NCBI GenBank assembly: GCA_964416445.1
Contig: CAYQEE010000001.1
Span: 67,676-131,675, forward strand
Length of the DNA: 64,000 nucleotides
Direction of reading: 5' to 3'
DNA from: an uncultured Gammaproteobacteria bacterium
Lineage (GTDB): Bacteria > Patescibacteriota > Microgenomatia > Levybacterales > UBA12049
Position 1 is the stretch's first letter; every line of letters begins with the position of its first letter. Shown in pieces: positions 39,794 to 49,987 of this stretch. The notes beneath the pieces are model-generated. The model had not been told where the DNA came from, searched no databases, and was given only the letters and a program-made list of their open reading frames with translations. The translations under genes were made by a program, and so were the position numbers.

Positions 39794-41789
39794 ATCTATT
39801 CCTTTTCTTTTTTCTAGCATGTTGTTTCTTGCTATTGTAAAAATATTCTTTCACTGGATTTCACTACCCGAAATTAACGGAGGAGACTGGCCATACTATG
39901 CAAAGGGAATGTTTGAAAAATTTACGCCATTAGCACCGTTATGGACTGCTCAAGGCGGAATTGGGTTAGGTGGTGTTAATGCTGATTTTCCTATATATAG
40001 TTACTTATATTTTACCATTGGGGTTTTTGTCAATATACTTCATTTTACTTGGATTTACGTTTATAAAGTATTTTGGTTTTGGTTACCATTAGTATTTGGG
40101 GCAACAGGAATATCTTATTTATATAGAAGTTGCCAAAAAAAATCTACTTTTTGGGAAACTTCTCTTGCAGTTTTTCTCTACATAGCAAATACATACTTTC
40201 TTATGCTTGCATCTGGTGGTCAGATGGGTATTCTATTAAGTTATAGCGTTGCTCCCTTTGTTGTTGGTACGGTGATTAATTCGCTACGATCTTTTTCTGA
40301 AACAGTATCAATAGTTACTCTCATGAGGAGAGGTTTTTTATTTGGGCTTGTGGTATCGCTAGAAATGCTATTTGATCCTCGAATTACTTATTTAATGATA
40401 GGATTAGTTTTACTTTATATGCTTTTTTCTTTTTTTATAATCCGATCCATTCATATTGCTCATTATATCGGTTATGTAATCATAGGTTTTGCAACTCTTT
40501 TATTGATTCATAGCTACTGGCTATTACCGTTCTATTTTTTTAAATTGCTCGCTATACCGATGGGGATAACAAGTAGTTCAGGTTTTACTTTTTTTAGTTT
40601 TGCGGATTTTTCACATGCCTTATCTTTCTTACATCCAAACTGGCCAGAAAATATTTTTGGAAAAGTTCATTTTTTACAGCCTGAATTTCTTTTGTTTCCA
40701 TTACTTGCTTTTTTGGGACTGCTTGTTGTTAGAAAAATGCAGAAAGAAATAGGATTTGTTTATTTATTTTTTTGTTTCATAGCTCTAATTGGTGTATTTT
40801 TAGCAAAAGGGGTAAACCAACCTTTTGGAGAACTAAATTCATGGCTTTTTAATCATGTTATTGGTTTTAGCTTATTTAGAGATCCGACAAAGTATTATCT
40901 ATTCATTGCGATATCATATGCTGTAATGATTCCTTTATCTTTGAAAACGATGGTAGATTTTGGGATAAAAAGAGACTTTTTCCAATATATTTTCTTTGTT
41001 CTATTGTTAAGTATTATGCTATTTCAGATAAGACAAGCATTACAAGGTAGGTTAAACGGAACCTTTACACAGGTTTCGGTACCGCAGGATTATATTCGAT
41101 TTGGAAATTTCCTTTCTTCCCAACCAAATTTTTTTAGAGTTTTATGGATTCCTCAACAATCTCGTTTCCGATTTGAAGGTGAAAACCATCCCGTGCTTAA
41201 CGTAAATGATATTTTTAATACAACTGATCCCGTAAAAATTGCAAATAAATTACAAAGCGCTTCGGGTAGAAAGCTGGTACAAGATCTGAGTGTGAAGTAT
41301 ATTATCATTCCTTATGATAGTACCGGCGAGATTTTTCTGAATGACAGAAAATATGATAATATAAAACGACAAAATTTTATAAAGAAATTAGATAGTATAT
41401 CGTGGTTACAGAAATTTTCTATAGGTAAGATTATTGTCTACGAAGTTCCACGCTATAATGGTCATTTTGTCTTACCAAACCAAACAAACGTCCCATATAC
41501 GAGGAATTCAAGTTCTGATTATGTAGTGACTATTAACAATATATCCCCTCAATCACTGGTTTTCTCAGAAGCATATCATCCGGGGTGGATTGGAATTGTT
41601 AAAAATAGAGAAATTAGAAGTGTTCAAAATCCTGAGGGATTAAATACATTTAGATTACCTGCAGGAACCTATAAATTTCATATCATTTTTATACCGGAAA
41701 AGTATGAGAAATATTTCTACGCAATTTCATTTATTAGCTTTGTGGGAATAATGATTTTTTTACTAGGGTCTTATAAAAAGAAATTATAA
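39774..41789 (+). CDS. Multi-TM GT-C-type glycosyltransferase (AftD/YfhO-like)
   Basis: GGDWP loop, many TM segments, LFRDPTKY, RVLWIP, LVFSEAYHPGW and a C-terminal TM. Confidence 0.62.
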   Translation: MKKILNKSIPFLFSSMLFLAIVKIFFHWISLPEINGGDWPYYAKGMFEKFTPLAPLWTAQGGIGLGGVNADFPIYSYLYFTIGVFVNILHFTWIYVYKVFWFWLPLVFGATGISYLYRSCQKKSTFWETSLAVFLYIANTYFLMLASGGQMGILLSYSVAPFVVGTVINSLRSFSETVSIVTLMRRGFLFGLVVSLEMLFDPRITYLMIGLVLLYMLFSFFIIRSIHIAHYIGYVIIGFATLLLIHSYWLLPFYFFKLLAIPMGITSSSGFTFFSFADFSHALSFLHPNWPENIFGKVHFLQPEFLLFPLLAFLGLLVVRKMQKEIGFVYLFFCFIALIGVFLAKGVNQPFGELNSWLFNHVIGFSLFRDPTKYYLFIAISYAVMIPLSLKTMVDFGIKRDFFQYIFFVLLLSIMLFQIRQALQGRLNGTFTQVSVPQDYIRFGNFLSSQPNFFRVLWIPQQSRFRFEGENHPVLNVNDIFNTTDPVKIANKLQSASGRKLVQDLSVKYIIIPYDSTGEIFLNDRKYDNIKRQNFIKKLDSISWLQKFSIGKIIVYEVPRYNGHFVLPNQTNVPYTRNSSSDYVVTINNISPQSLVFSEAYHPGWIGIVKNREIRSVQNPEGLNTFRLPAGTYKFHIIFIPEKYEKYFYAISFISFVGIMIFLLGSYKKKL

Positions 41790-43031
41790 TAATCCCATTT
41801 TTTTGAGTGCGTTTGCGTACGTATTTTCCCAGGTATTTTCTTTTGCGAAATTTATCGCCGCTTTACGATATTTTCTGTAGAGGTTTTCATCTTGCAATAG
41901 CTTAATTATTGCATTTGCATATGGTTCAGGCTGATCATTAGTTCTTATTGCACAGCCTTTTTTCTCTGCATCAATCCCTAGAGGAGGAACATGAGTTGTT
42001 ATGACTGGTTGTCCATTGGCAAAATAAAGGCGCATTTTTGTTGCGTCTGCATACCAACGTATAGAACCCGGTATAGCTCGGTAGGGAGCGAGACCAATCT
42101 GGTATTCTTGAGACATTTTTGATAGAAGATTTAAGTTACTGATAAAGCCATGCATATGAACTACTCTCTCCAATTTAAGTTTTTTTATTAACTTTTTTAC
42201 TTTTTCTTCTTCACTGACAAGTCCTGCTCCAAATATGTCAAGTGTTACATCTGGTATTGATTTTCTAACAATTGCTAATGCTTCTACAGCTAAATCAAGT
42301 CCATTTTGCGGTCCAATGGTGCCAGCAAAAAGAAGAGAATTTTTTTTCAATTTATTGATTGGTAGATAAGAAATCTGGAAAGGGAAAAGAGCATTGGGAA
42401 CTTGAATGACCGGTTTTACTTTTTGTGGATTCAGTCCTACGCTAATTCTTGCAGGAAGCATTGCAGGTGAAACATCCCAAATATAATCAGCGTGTGTTGC
42501 ACAAAATCTATCGAGCCAAAGGTAAATAGCATTAAATAGTTTTGACTGGTATCTTGTAGAAGAATAATCGGAAACATAATAAATAACTGTTTTAATTTTT
42601 CCAAGTTTTTTAAAGAATATTCCAGTAATGGTATGGATTGATTCCAGGCCAATAAACAAGTCAATTTTATTTTTTTGTAGCCAAAGAACTTGCGCGACCG
42701 TGAAGATATCGCGGAGCTTAAAAGTTGGTTGTGTTTCTAAGGTATTATGTTTTTCTAATAGTTTTTTTGATGGAAATAGATATTTTGGCTCTTCTCTTTT
42801 TACTAGTTTCCCTTTTTCATAATATTCAATTTTTGGGATAACATCGTCACTACTACCAGGATGCGTACAATCGACTAGAATAATATTTCTTGTTGTCGGT
42901 CCAAAAAATTCAAGCATTGGTTCTATCATGCCATTATTTGGAAGACGCTTTCCATTTTGCCATGCTGAAAATGAGGCAATAAAAACTGATTGAAAGTGAG
43001 GATTAATTATCTGTTTTCTGCTTTTGCCCAT
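41784..43031 (-). CDS. Divergent GT-B (GT4-like) glycosyltransferase
   Basis: FAGTIGPQNG and ADATKMRLYFANGQPVITT motifs; resembles 29175-30299. Confidence 0.72.
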   Translation of the reverse strand: MGKSRKQIINPHFQSVFIASFSAWQNGKRLPNNGMIEPMLEFFGPTTRNIILVDCTHPGSSDDVIPKIEYYEKGKLVKREEPKYLFPSKKLLEKHNTLETQPTFKLRDIFTVAQVLWLQKNKIDLFIGLESIHTITGIFFKKLGKIKTVIYYVSDYSSTRYQSKLFNAIYLWLDRFCATHADYIWDVSPAMLPARISVGLNPQKVKPVIQVPNALFPFQISYLPINKLKKNSLLFAGTIGPQNGLDLAVEALAIVRKSIPDVTLDIFGAGLVSEEEKVKKLIKKLKLERVVHMHGFISNLNLLSKMSQEYQIGLAPYRAIPGSIRWYADATKMRLYFANGQPVITTHVPPLGIDAEKKGCAIRTNDQPEPYANAIIKLLQDENLYRKYRKAAINFAKENTWENTYANALKKMGLL

Positions 43032-43969
43032 GCAATGGTTTTCTCCAGTCCCATTTGAAGATTGTTATGTGGTTTCCAATTGATCGCATTTTCTAATTTA
43101 GAAATATCTGCCCTCATATGTTTCTGATCTCCTGGTCTAGCAGGAAAATAACTGATTGGATATATTTTCTGGTCTTTTTGTAAAGTATCCATAATAGTAG
43201 ATATGAGATCATGAATTGATTTATCTATACCAAAGCCAAGATTAAATACTTGATCGTATGTTTTTTCATTGTCAATACTATTGACCCAAGCGTCCACAAC
43301 ATCATCAATATAAACAAAATCTCTTGATTGTTGCCCATCACCAAATATTTTAATTGGTTCATTTCGGATGACATTTCCGATAAAGATTCCCATAACTCCT
43401 TGGTATGGATTAGTAAGACTTTGACGTGGACCATAAACATTAAACATTCGGAAAGATGTGACATTGAGTTTGCCAGGTAAGTCATTCCTCAATCCCGTAG
43501 CATGAACGAAACGTTCAGCGGCATATTTTGTTATACCGTAATACGAAATTGGAGCAGCATTATGGGTTTCCTGAACCGGTAGATTTTCTACTGGTCCATA
43601 GACAGTCATTGAACTTGCATAGAGAAGACGAGTAATTTTTGCTTCAACGCATTTCTTCACGATATTAATAGAGCCAATAAAGTTTGCTCGGACATCTGCT
43701 AACGGATCAGTAAAAGAGTTAATAGTTGATGCACATCCAGCAATATGGAACACCACATCGGGGATCTTTTCAAATGCTTTTTCAACATCATCTGAATTTG
43801 CTGTATCTCCTTGAATAAATCTTGCAGAACTTGGAATATTAGTTTTTAAGCCAGTCGAAAGATTGTCAAGTACCGTAACATCATATCCATCGGTAAGAAG
43901 TCTTTCTACCATGTGACTTCCAATAAATCCTGCTCCACCAGTAACTAGAACATGTTTTTTGCTTGCCAT
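43007..43969 (-). CDS. NAD-dependent epimerase/dehydratase (SDR)
   Basis: [19 protein letters not shown] (start refined to 43969), SYYGITK, FNVYGPRQ and GDGQQSRDFVY motifs. Confidence 0.9.
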   Translation of the reverse strand: MASKKHVLVTGGAGFIGSHMVERLLTDGYDVTVLDNLSTGLKTNIPSSARFIQGDTANSDDVEKAFEKIPDVVFHIAGCASTINSFTDPLADVRANFIGSINIVKKCVEAKITRLLYASSMTVYGPVENLPVQETHNAAPISYYGITKYAAERFVHATGLRNDLPGKLNVTSFRMFNVYGPRQSLTNPYQGVMGIFIGNVIRNEPIKIFGDGQQSRDFVYIDDVVDAWVNSIDNEKTYDQVFNLGFGIDKSIHDLISTIMDTLQKDQKIYPISYFPARPGDQKHMRADISKLENAINWKPHNNLQMGLEKTIAWAKAENR

Positions 43970-44008
43970 GTATGCTACTATTATACACATAAAATATTCT
44001 TTGTGAAG

Positions 44009-46447
44009 ATGCTAAAAAGGATAAATTTCTTTGTTAATTCCCGCTGGTTTATTGTTTTTATATGTTTACTTCTCGCAATAATTCCTTTTTTTTGGTTTAA
44101 ACCCGGGTATATCGATATTGGTGGTGATTCAAGTAGATTATATTTTTATGATCCTATTAATTTCTTAAATAGTTTTGTTCTTAATATTTTTTTACCAGAT
44201 AGTTTAGGAATAAAAAGTGGAAGTTTACATATGCTTCCCTTTATTTCTTTTCTCTCTTTGTTATTTAGTGTAGTTCGTTTCCCTTGGATTCTCAATAATG
44301 TATTTTATAGTATTAGTTTGGTAACCCCTTTTCTTGTTGTTTATGCAATTGTTAAAGAGTTCATTCAAGATTTGTGTGAGGAAAACACTCGACAATACCA
44401 AAATATCAGATATGCCTCTATTGTAGCAGGATTGTTTTATATTTTTATACCAATGTCTTCTGTGGGAGGGTGGGATTTGCCGTTAATCATTCAATCACAA
44501 CGCTTCGTATACCCCTTACTTTTCTGGCTTTTATTGAAATATCTAACAACGTCACGACAAGTTTTTCTCATAATCGCATTGCTTACGAGTTTTTTATTCG
44601 CTCATGATTTTAGTTGGGTGTCAGTTCCTAATGTTCTTGGATTTTTCTCTATCTCTCTTGTGTATTTATTGATATATATAAAATGTATAAAAAAGAAAAA
44701 AATACTAATAAAACCAATAATTTTAGCTTTTTTACTTTTTATTGTTCTCCATGCATTTCATTTACTTCCACTTTTTTTCACAATTTTTGAAAAAAATAGT
44801 GATGTGGGCAATCAACTGTTACAGGGAAGTAGATATTCGGATACTATTCAATATCTAGATAATGTTGCGAGTTATACATCTCATGGATATCAATTTATTG
44901 GTGTAACTCCATTTTCACCTTTTTCTTTCGTTAATATTTCTTTGGTAGTTTTTCCTTTATTGATTATCTTTATGCTCTATAAAAACAAAAATATATTTGT
45001 ACTTATTCCAACAATATTTTTTCTTGTTGTTTATTTTGCAGTTACCGCAAAAATTTCACAATTAGGTTTTTCTTTCTATAAGCTATTTTTTTTATTTCCT
45101 CCGCTAGTAATGTTTCGAGACTTTTATGGAAGATTGTTTGAAATATTTCTATTGTTTTATACTTTGCTAATAGGTTATGCTATGTTTATATTTTTTTCTT
45201 TAACAAAAAGTTATTTGAAGTTTGCAAGCATAATTGCTCTTGCATTTATACTGATTATAAATGCATTGCCATTTCTTTCTGGAAGTATATCAAACAGAAT
45301 TTTGACTCAAGACACCGGAGTAGTTGTAAAGAGTCGTTTGCAGATTGATCCAAATATTGAAAAAATATTGCGATATTTTAGAATGAATCCATCTTCTGCA
45401 AGAAATATCACATTACCTATAGCAGATTTTGATTACCAATTAATAGCAGGTAAAGGGAATGATGGTGTATATTTTGGTCCTTCAATGATTTCTTATCTCT
45501 CCGGAAAAGCTGATCTTGCTTCAAATTTTACGTTAAGACCATTTACTCAAGCACTTTTTAATAGCGTAAAAAATAAAGATTATCTTACTTTTGAAAATAT
45601 CTTTCCAATTTTAAATGTAGGAACAGTACTTCATAATGCAAATCCATATATTTACGAAGTTTTCAGGACATTTCCCTACAATGATGCAAAATTATACATG
45701 CCTCTAACACAAGCAGGGTATTCAGATCTTATTAATAACTTATCATTAAAAAAAATAAATGACTTTGGGAAATTTTATCACTTCTATACCGTTCCTTCTG
45801 CTTTACGCTTACCGATCATTTATCCTGCCAAAAAAGTAATATTTTTAAAACAGTCAACAAAGAGTAATTACGATGAGCGTCAATTTGCTAGTGCTGAATA
45901 CGTATTGAAAAACTTTAGACAAGATAAAAATGATAATGAGCTTCGAAAAGTCTTTTTGAATAATGACATAATGATTTCATCTCTATCCCAGCCGAATATT
46001 TCATTTTCAAAAATTAACAATTCAAAATATATTATAACTGTCGAACATGCATCAGGTCCATATGTATTGGTTTTTTCGCAATCATTTAATACAAATTGGC
46101 AATTATATACGGCAAATCAACAAACGGGAAAAAAAGAGAAAAATATAAAAATTATCCAATCATATTTTAATAACACTATTGTAGAAAGAAAAAATGAAAA
46201 TAAGATAATAGATATGAATATTCTTGAAACAATAGGAAAAACTCCAATCGCAAATACACGACATTATATGGCAAATGTTTTCGCAAATGCTTGGTATATT
46301 GTTCCTACCGATGTTTCTCATAAAACTAACTATACATTAGTTTTAGAGATGACTGATGATAGAATAATGTATGGTGGTATTCTGCTTTCTCTGATTGCAT
46401 TACTAATACTTCTTATTTGGTTAGTAAGAGAGATAAGACATAAATAA
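44009..46447 (+). CDS. Multi-TM GT-C-type glycosyltransferase, paralogue of 35482-39087
   Basis: IIPFFWFKPGYIDIGGDSSRLYFYDP vs IIPFFWLKPGEVNLGGDSSRGYLYEP; MFRDF; KINNSKY...FSQSFNTNW...FANAW. Start refined to MLKR (44009). Confidence 0.65.
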   Translation: MLKRINFFVNSRWFIVFICLLLAIIPFFWFKPGYIDIGGDSSRLYFYDPINFLNSFVLNIFLPDSLGIKSGSLHMLPFISFLSLLFSVVRFPWILNNVFYSISLVTPFLVVYAIVKEFIQDLCEENTRQYQNIRYASIVAGLFYIFIPMSSVGGWDLPLIIQSQRFVYPLLFWLLLKYLTTSRQVFLIIALLTSFLFAHDFSWVSVPNVLGFFSISLVYLLIYIKCIKKKKILIKPIILAFLLFIVLHAFHLLPLFFTIFEKNSDVGNQLLQGSRYSDTIQYLDNVASYTSHGYQFIGVTPFSPFSFVNISLVVFPLLIIFMLYKNKNIFVLIPTIFFLVVYFAVTAKISQLGFSFYKLFFLFPPLVMFRDFYGRLFEIFLLFYTLLIGYAMFIFFSLTKSYLKFASIIALAFILIINALPFLSGSISNRILTQDTGVVVKSRLQIDPNIEKILRYFRMNPSSARNITLPIADFDYQLIAGKGNDGVYFGPSMISYLSGKADLASNFTLRPFTQALFNSVKNKDYLTFENIFPILNVGTVLHNANPYIYEVFRTFPYNDAKLYMPLTQAGYSDLINNLSLKKINDFGKFYHFYTVPSALRLPIIYPAKKVIFLKQSTKSNYDERQFASAEYVLKNFRQDKNDNELRKVFLNNDIMISSLSQPNISFSKINNSKYIITVEHASGPYVLVFSQSFNTNWQLYTANQQTGKKEKNIKIIQSYFNNTIVERKNENKIIDMNILETIGKTPIANTRHYMANVFANAWYIVPTDVSHKTNYTLVLEMTDDRIMYGGILLSLIALLILLIWLVREIRHK

Positions 46448-46448
46448 T

Positions 46449-46757
46449 ATGAGATTATTAAAATATATATTGATATTACTATTTTTCTTCACTCTCTTTT
46501 TTGATCTTCAACATTATGCTAATGATAATGATGTTACGCTGCTGATTATATTGTTACTTGGATTTTTTCTAACTTATATCTATCAATTGGAAAGTAGGGT
46601 AACATTTATTTTTTCAGGATTCCTACTTTTCGTTTTTTGTTGGCAAGTTGTAAATAAAAGTGACCCTATTTTATTAGGAAGAATTACGCTTTGGGTGTAC
46701 TTTTTTATTGTATTTGGAGTTATACAGCAATTTTTTGAATTAAAAAAGAAAAAATGA
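46449..46757 (+). CDS. Small membrane protein (W-x-Y...GVIQQ family, copy 2)
   Basis: 102 aa; ends GRITLWVYFFIVFGVIQQFFE; starts 1 bp after the GT-C stop. Confidence 0.7.
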   Translation: MRLLKYILILLFFFTLFFDLQHYANDNDVTLLIILLLGFFLTYIYQLESRVTFIFSGFLLFVFCWQVVNKSDPILLGRITLWVYFFIVFGVIQQFFELKKKK

Positions 46758-46759
46758 TT

Positions 46760-47800
46760 TTATGCTGCGTATTTTTTTATTTCAGGAGTAATTCCAATCA
46801 ATTTCAAAAAATAATAGTAAAGTATCATAGAAGCAGTATAAAAAGTGAGTAGCCAATGGATCAAATATATAGTTTTTCTTCTTGTTATACTTAAATGGAT
46901 AGAATCTATTATGGGAAGGATAAGAGAAAAGGAATAGGGAATAAACCAGTTTTTTTTTGATCTAGTTGCAGAATACTTTTCCCTTCCTGAGTAGCCTCCT
47001 TTACCCATGGACGTTAAAAAGATATTAAATTTTACTCGAGAAGCAATTTTTTTTAAATATTTTCTCAGTGATTCCGACGAATAATGTATGGTATTATCAT
47101 TTTTTGTAACAGCGAGTAATTTGTTTTGCTTAGTCAGCAAATAAAAAAGATGAGGTAATATATCGGGTGATTGTTTTATTTGCTTGGTATATTTTTTTAG
47201 ATAAGTTAAATCAACCATACATCCTCCAGCCCATAATTCAATAAGAGGTAAATGCTTAATTTTTGAAAAATCAAATATAATACTATTATTATCTTCTTTG
47301 ACTATGATAATATTATATTTTTTTGACATTTCTTTTATCATTTGGTCACTATACTTGCTCTCTCTATAAATAAAATAGGAAAAAGGATCTCCAAATTCAT
47401 TGACATAGTGATTTATTTCAGAATAGAAGGCAGGTGTTTTGTAACCAGATGTCATTACCATTTTTACTCTACTCGAACTTTGAAATGCTTTATACTTAAT
47501 AAAGAAACTCCTCGTATTCTCCAATACCTCATCACTATCAAGAAACATGAGATATTTACCTTTAGCGGTAAGAAATCCTAATTGTTTTGCATAAGTTAAT
47601 TCAATTTTTGAGCTATACAAAAATTTGCATGAATATCTTTTAGCTATTTTTTTCGTGTTATCAGTTGATCCAGCATCTATGACCAATACCTCTATTTTCT
47701 TCGAGGGATAGGTTTGGTTTTTAATAGACTCGAGGGTTTTTGGCAATGTTTTTTCCGAGTTCAAAGTTGCTATAACTACACTAATCAACGGATAATTCAT
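46760..47800 (-). CDS. GT2 glycosyltransferase
   Basis: MNYPLISVVIATLN (start refined), VIDAGSTD and FLDSDE motifs. Confidence 0.85.
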   Translation of the reverse strand: MNYPLISVVIATLNSEKTLPKTLESIKNQTYPSKKIEVLVIDAGSTDNTKKIAKRYSCKFLYSSKIELTYAKQLGFLTAKGKYLMFLDSDEVLENTRSFFIKYKAFQSSSRVKMVMTSGYKTPAFYSEINHYVNEFGDPFSYFIYRESKYSDQMIKEMSKKYNIIIVKEDNNSIIFDFSKIKHLPLIELWAGGCMVDLTYLKKYTKQIKQSPDILPHLFYLLTKQNKLLAVTKNDNTIHYSSESLRKYLKKIASRVKFNIFLTSMGKGGYSGREKYSATRSKKNWFIPYSFSLILPIIDSIHLSITRRKTIYLIHWLLTFYTASMILYYYFLKLIGITPEIKKYAA

Positions 47801-47813
47801 AAAATATAAGCTA

Positions 47814-48392
47814 TTACCAATTTCCTTTTCCAATATCTAATGATTTCTTGTTATATACTATCTTCATGAGTAATAATGTAGAGATAGGAGTAGGTGATGC
47901 AACCATTCCATTTTTTTGGAAGTATCGTTTTCCTGATCTTCCAATAAATGTATGTTTTCTCTTAAGCAAATGAAACCCAAATCGGCTGTAGTAATTACTT
48001 AACCGTTGATCTTCAATTTGTAAATATATTATATTACATCCTGCATTTTTTAAAGTATCCATAGCTTTTCGCATTAAAAGTGTACCAATTCCCTTTCTTT
48101 GTTTGCTTTTTTTTACCCAAAATCCTCCAATACCACCTAAGACAATTGGCGTATTATCAAAAGTAATATTTCTTTTTAACAACGTTAATCCTCCAACAAT
48201 ATTTTTACTTTCAAATGCTAATAAATAAGCAAACCTATCATGTTCACTGCAATACTGTTCATAATGTTTCATTTTTTCTTCTGGTGAATAGAGTATATTG
48301 CTTAATTCATATGTTTCTTTTTTTAATAAAAATGCAATTTGAGCTAAATCAGTGGGTAAAGTAACATATGATTTAATAATAACTTGATTCAT
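47814..48392 (-). CDS. GNAT N-acetyltransferase
   Basis: GIGGFWV..KQRKGIGTLLM acetyl-CoA motif and YYSRFGF. Start refined to MNQV, just after fdtB. Confidence 0.75.
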   Translation of the reverse strand: MNQVIIKSYVTLPTDLAQIAFLLKKETYELSNILYSPEEKMKHYEQYCSEHDRFAYLLAFESKNIVGGLTLLKRNITFDNTPIVLGGIGGFWVKKSKQRKGIGTLLMRKAMDTLKNAGCNIIYLQIEDQRLSNYYSRFGFHLLKRKHTFIGRSGKRYFQKNGMVASPTPISTLLLMKIVYNKKSLDIGKGNW

Positions 48393-48397
48393 CGTGT

Positions 48398-49489
48398 TTA
48401 TTCTTTTAAGAATTTCATTATTGAGGAAGAAATAAAATCTACTTGTTCTAATTCTAAATATGGATGGCAAGGTATTGAAAGTATTTCTTGTACGAATTTT
48501 CTAGAAACATCTAAGTTATCAATCGATTTCTTAAAAAAAGGTTGATCAGGTATAATTAAAGGATAATGAATTGAACTTGGTATCTGCTTTTGAGATAAAA
48601 AAGCTTGTAAATCATTCCTTCTTGTTGTCCTAATGACAAAAAGGTGAAAATTTGAGTTTGTAATAAATGGAGTAATTATTTTAAGAGCAGGATGTTTCAA
48701 ATTTTTTACGTAATTATTTGCAATTGAGATTCTCTTTTGATTTTTTTCGTCTAAAAAAGATAATTTTGTAGTTAAAAAAGCAGCTTGTAATTCATCAAGC
48801 CTACTATTCAAACCCATTCGGGTATGGTGATATTTGCTACTTTGGCCATAATCTCTAATCTCATAACAAATTTTTGCTATATTAACATTATTCGTAACTA
48901 TGGCTCCGCCATCTCCAAAACATCCTAAATTTTTCGTTGGATAAAAGCTAAAACATCCAATATCTCCTAACGTCCCTAATTTTTTATCTTCATAAGTAGA
49001 ACCATGAGCTTGACATGCATCTTCAATTAAATATAGTTTATACTTTTTACAAATGTTTTTAATTTTCTTTAAATTTACGCTGTTTCCATATAGATGCACA
49101 GGCAAAATTGCTTTTGTATTTTTAGTTATAAACTGGGGAATGAGATCCGCATTCATTAAACCATATTCGTTCGTATCAACAAAAATTGGTTTTGCACCGG
49201 TTGCCATAATTGCTAAAGTTGTTGCCACTGCTGAAACGGGAGTCGTTATAACTTCATCACCTTTGCCGATTCCTAATGTCAGCAGTGCGATTTGTAATGC
49301 TTCAAGTCCGTTAGCAACACCTATACAGTAGTTAACCTTGAGATATTGAGCAAATTTTTGCTCGAAGTTTTTTACTTCCTTATTGAGAACATAATTTCCT
49401 GATGATAAAACTTTGTCAAATATTTTTTTAAATTCATTTTTGTGTTGTTTTACCTCACTTTGGAAATCTATAAATTTTATAGGTTTCAT
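48398..49489 (-). CDS. fdtB: dTDP-3-amino-3,6-dideoxyhexose aminotransferase (DegT/DnrJ family)
   Basis: GVANGLEAL, PVHLYG, EDACQAHG, SFYPTKNLG, NSRLDELQAA and IHYP motifs; overlaps fdtA. Confidence 0.82.
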   Translation of the reverse strand: MKPIKFIDFQSEVKQHKNEFKKIFDKVLSSGNYVLNKEVKNFEQKFAQYLKVNYCIGVANGLEALQIALLTLGIGKGDEVITTPVSAVATTLAIMATGAKPIFVDTNEYGLMNADLIPQFITKNTKAILPVHLYGNSVNLKKIKNICKKYKLYLIEDACQAHGSTYEDKKLGTLGDIGCFSFYPTKNLGCFGDGGAIVTNNVNIAKICYEIRDYGQSSKYHHTRMGLNSRLDELQAAFLTTKLSFLDEKNQKRISIANNYVKNLKHPALKIITPFITNSNFHLFVIRTTRRNDLQAFLSQKQIPSSIHYPLIIPDQPFFKKSIDNLDVSRKFVQEILSIPCHPYLELEQVDFISSSIMKFLKE

Positions 49490-49899
49490 TTCTTTTTAAT
49501 ATAATACAAGAATTCGTTATAATTACGAATATAATCCTCTGGATCATATGGTTTCGATGCTAGCACTAATAAGATTGTGCTTTTTCGAAAGTTATGCATC
49601 TCATGCCAAATTTTATTATTAATGACAAGTCCTTCTTCCGGTTTATCTAAAATTACTTCCTCTTTTTTCTTTCCATTATTGAGGACAATTCGGATGCTTC
49701 CTTGGATGCAAAAGAGAATTTGTTTTGTTTTTTTATGAGCATGATATCCACGAGGAAGATTTGTTGTTCGTTTAAAAATATAATAAACTCGTTTAATAGG
49801 AAAAGTAATATGATCTGGATTTTGCATAAAGCAGAGATAACATTCATCGAAGATTTTTGGAATAGTGATATATTGGACTAGCTGATCCTTTTTGGTCAT
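49486..49899 (-). CDS. fdtA: dTDP-4-keto-6-deoxyglucose 3,4-ketoisomerase (FdtA/QdtA cupin)
   Basis: FPIKRVYY, RGYHAH, WHEM and LVLAS..YD..DYIRNY motifs. Confidence 0.85.
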   Translation of the reverse strand: MTKKDQLVQYITIPKIFDECYLCFMQNPDHITFPIKRVYYIFKRTTNLPRGYHAHKKTKQILFCIQGSIRIVLNNGKKKEEVILDKPEEGLVINNKIWHEMHNFRKSTILLVLASKPYDPEDYIRNYNEFLYYIKKK

Positions 49900-49987
49900 T
49901 GGAGATGTACAATAAATAAAACCTTTCTTATTATATACTGTTCGTACTTATTTAGCAATGAATAAAGTATAATTTTTACATTTCTAT

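Noticed and set aside
43952-44008. Apparent head-to-head overlap of the ORFs at 43952 (+) and 43990 (-)
   Set aside because: Artefact of longest-ORF starts. The likely starts are 43969 (-) and 44009 (+), leaving a 39-bp divergent promoter gap.
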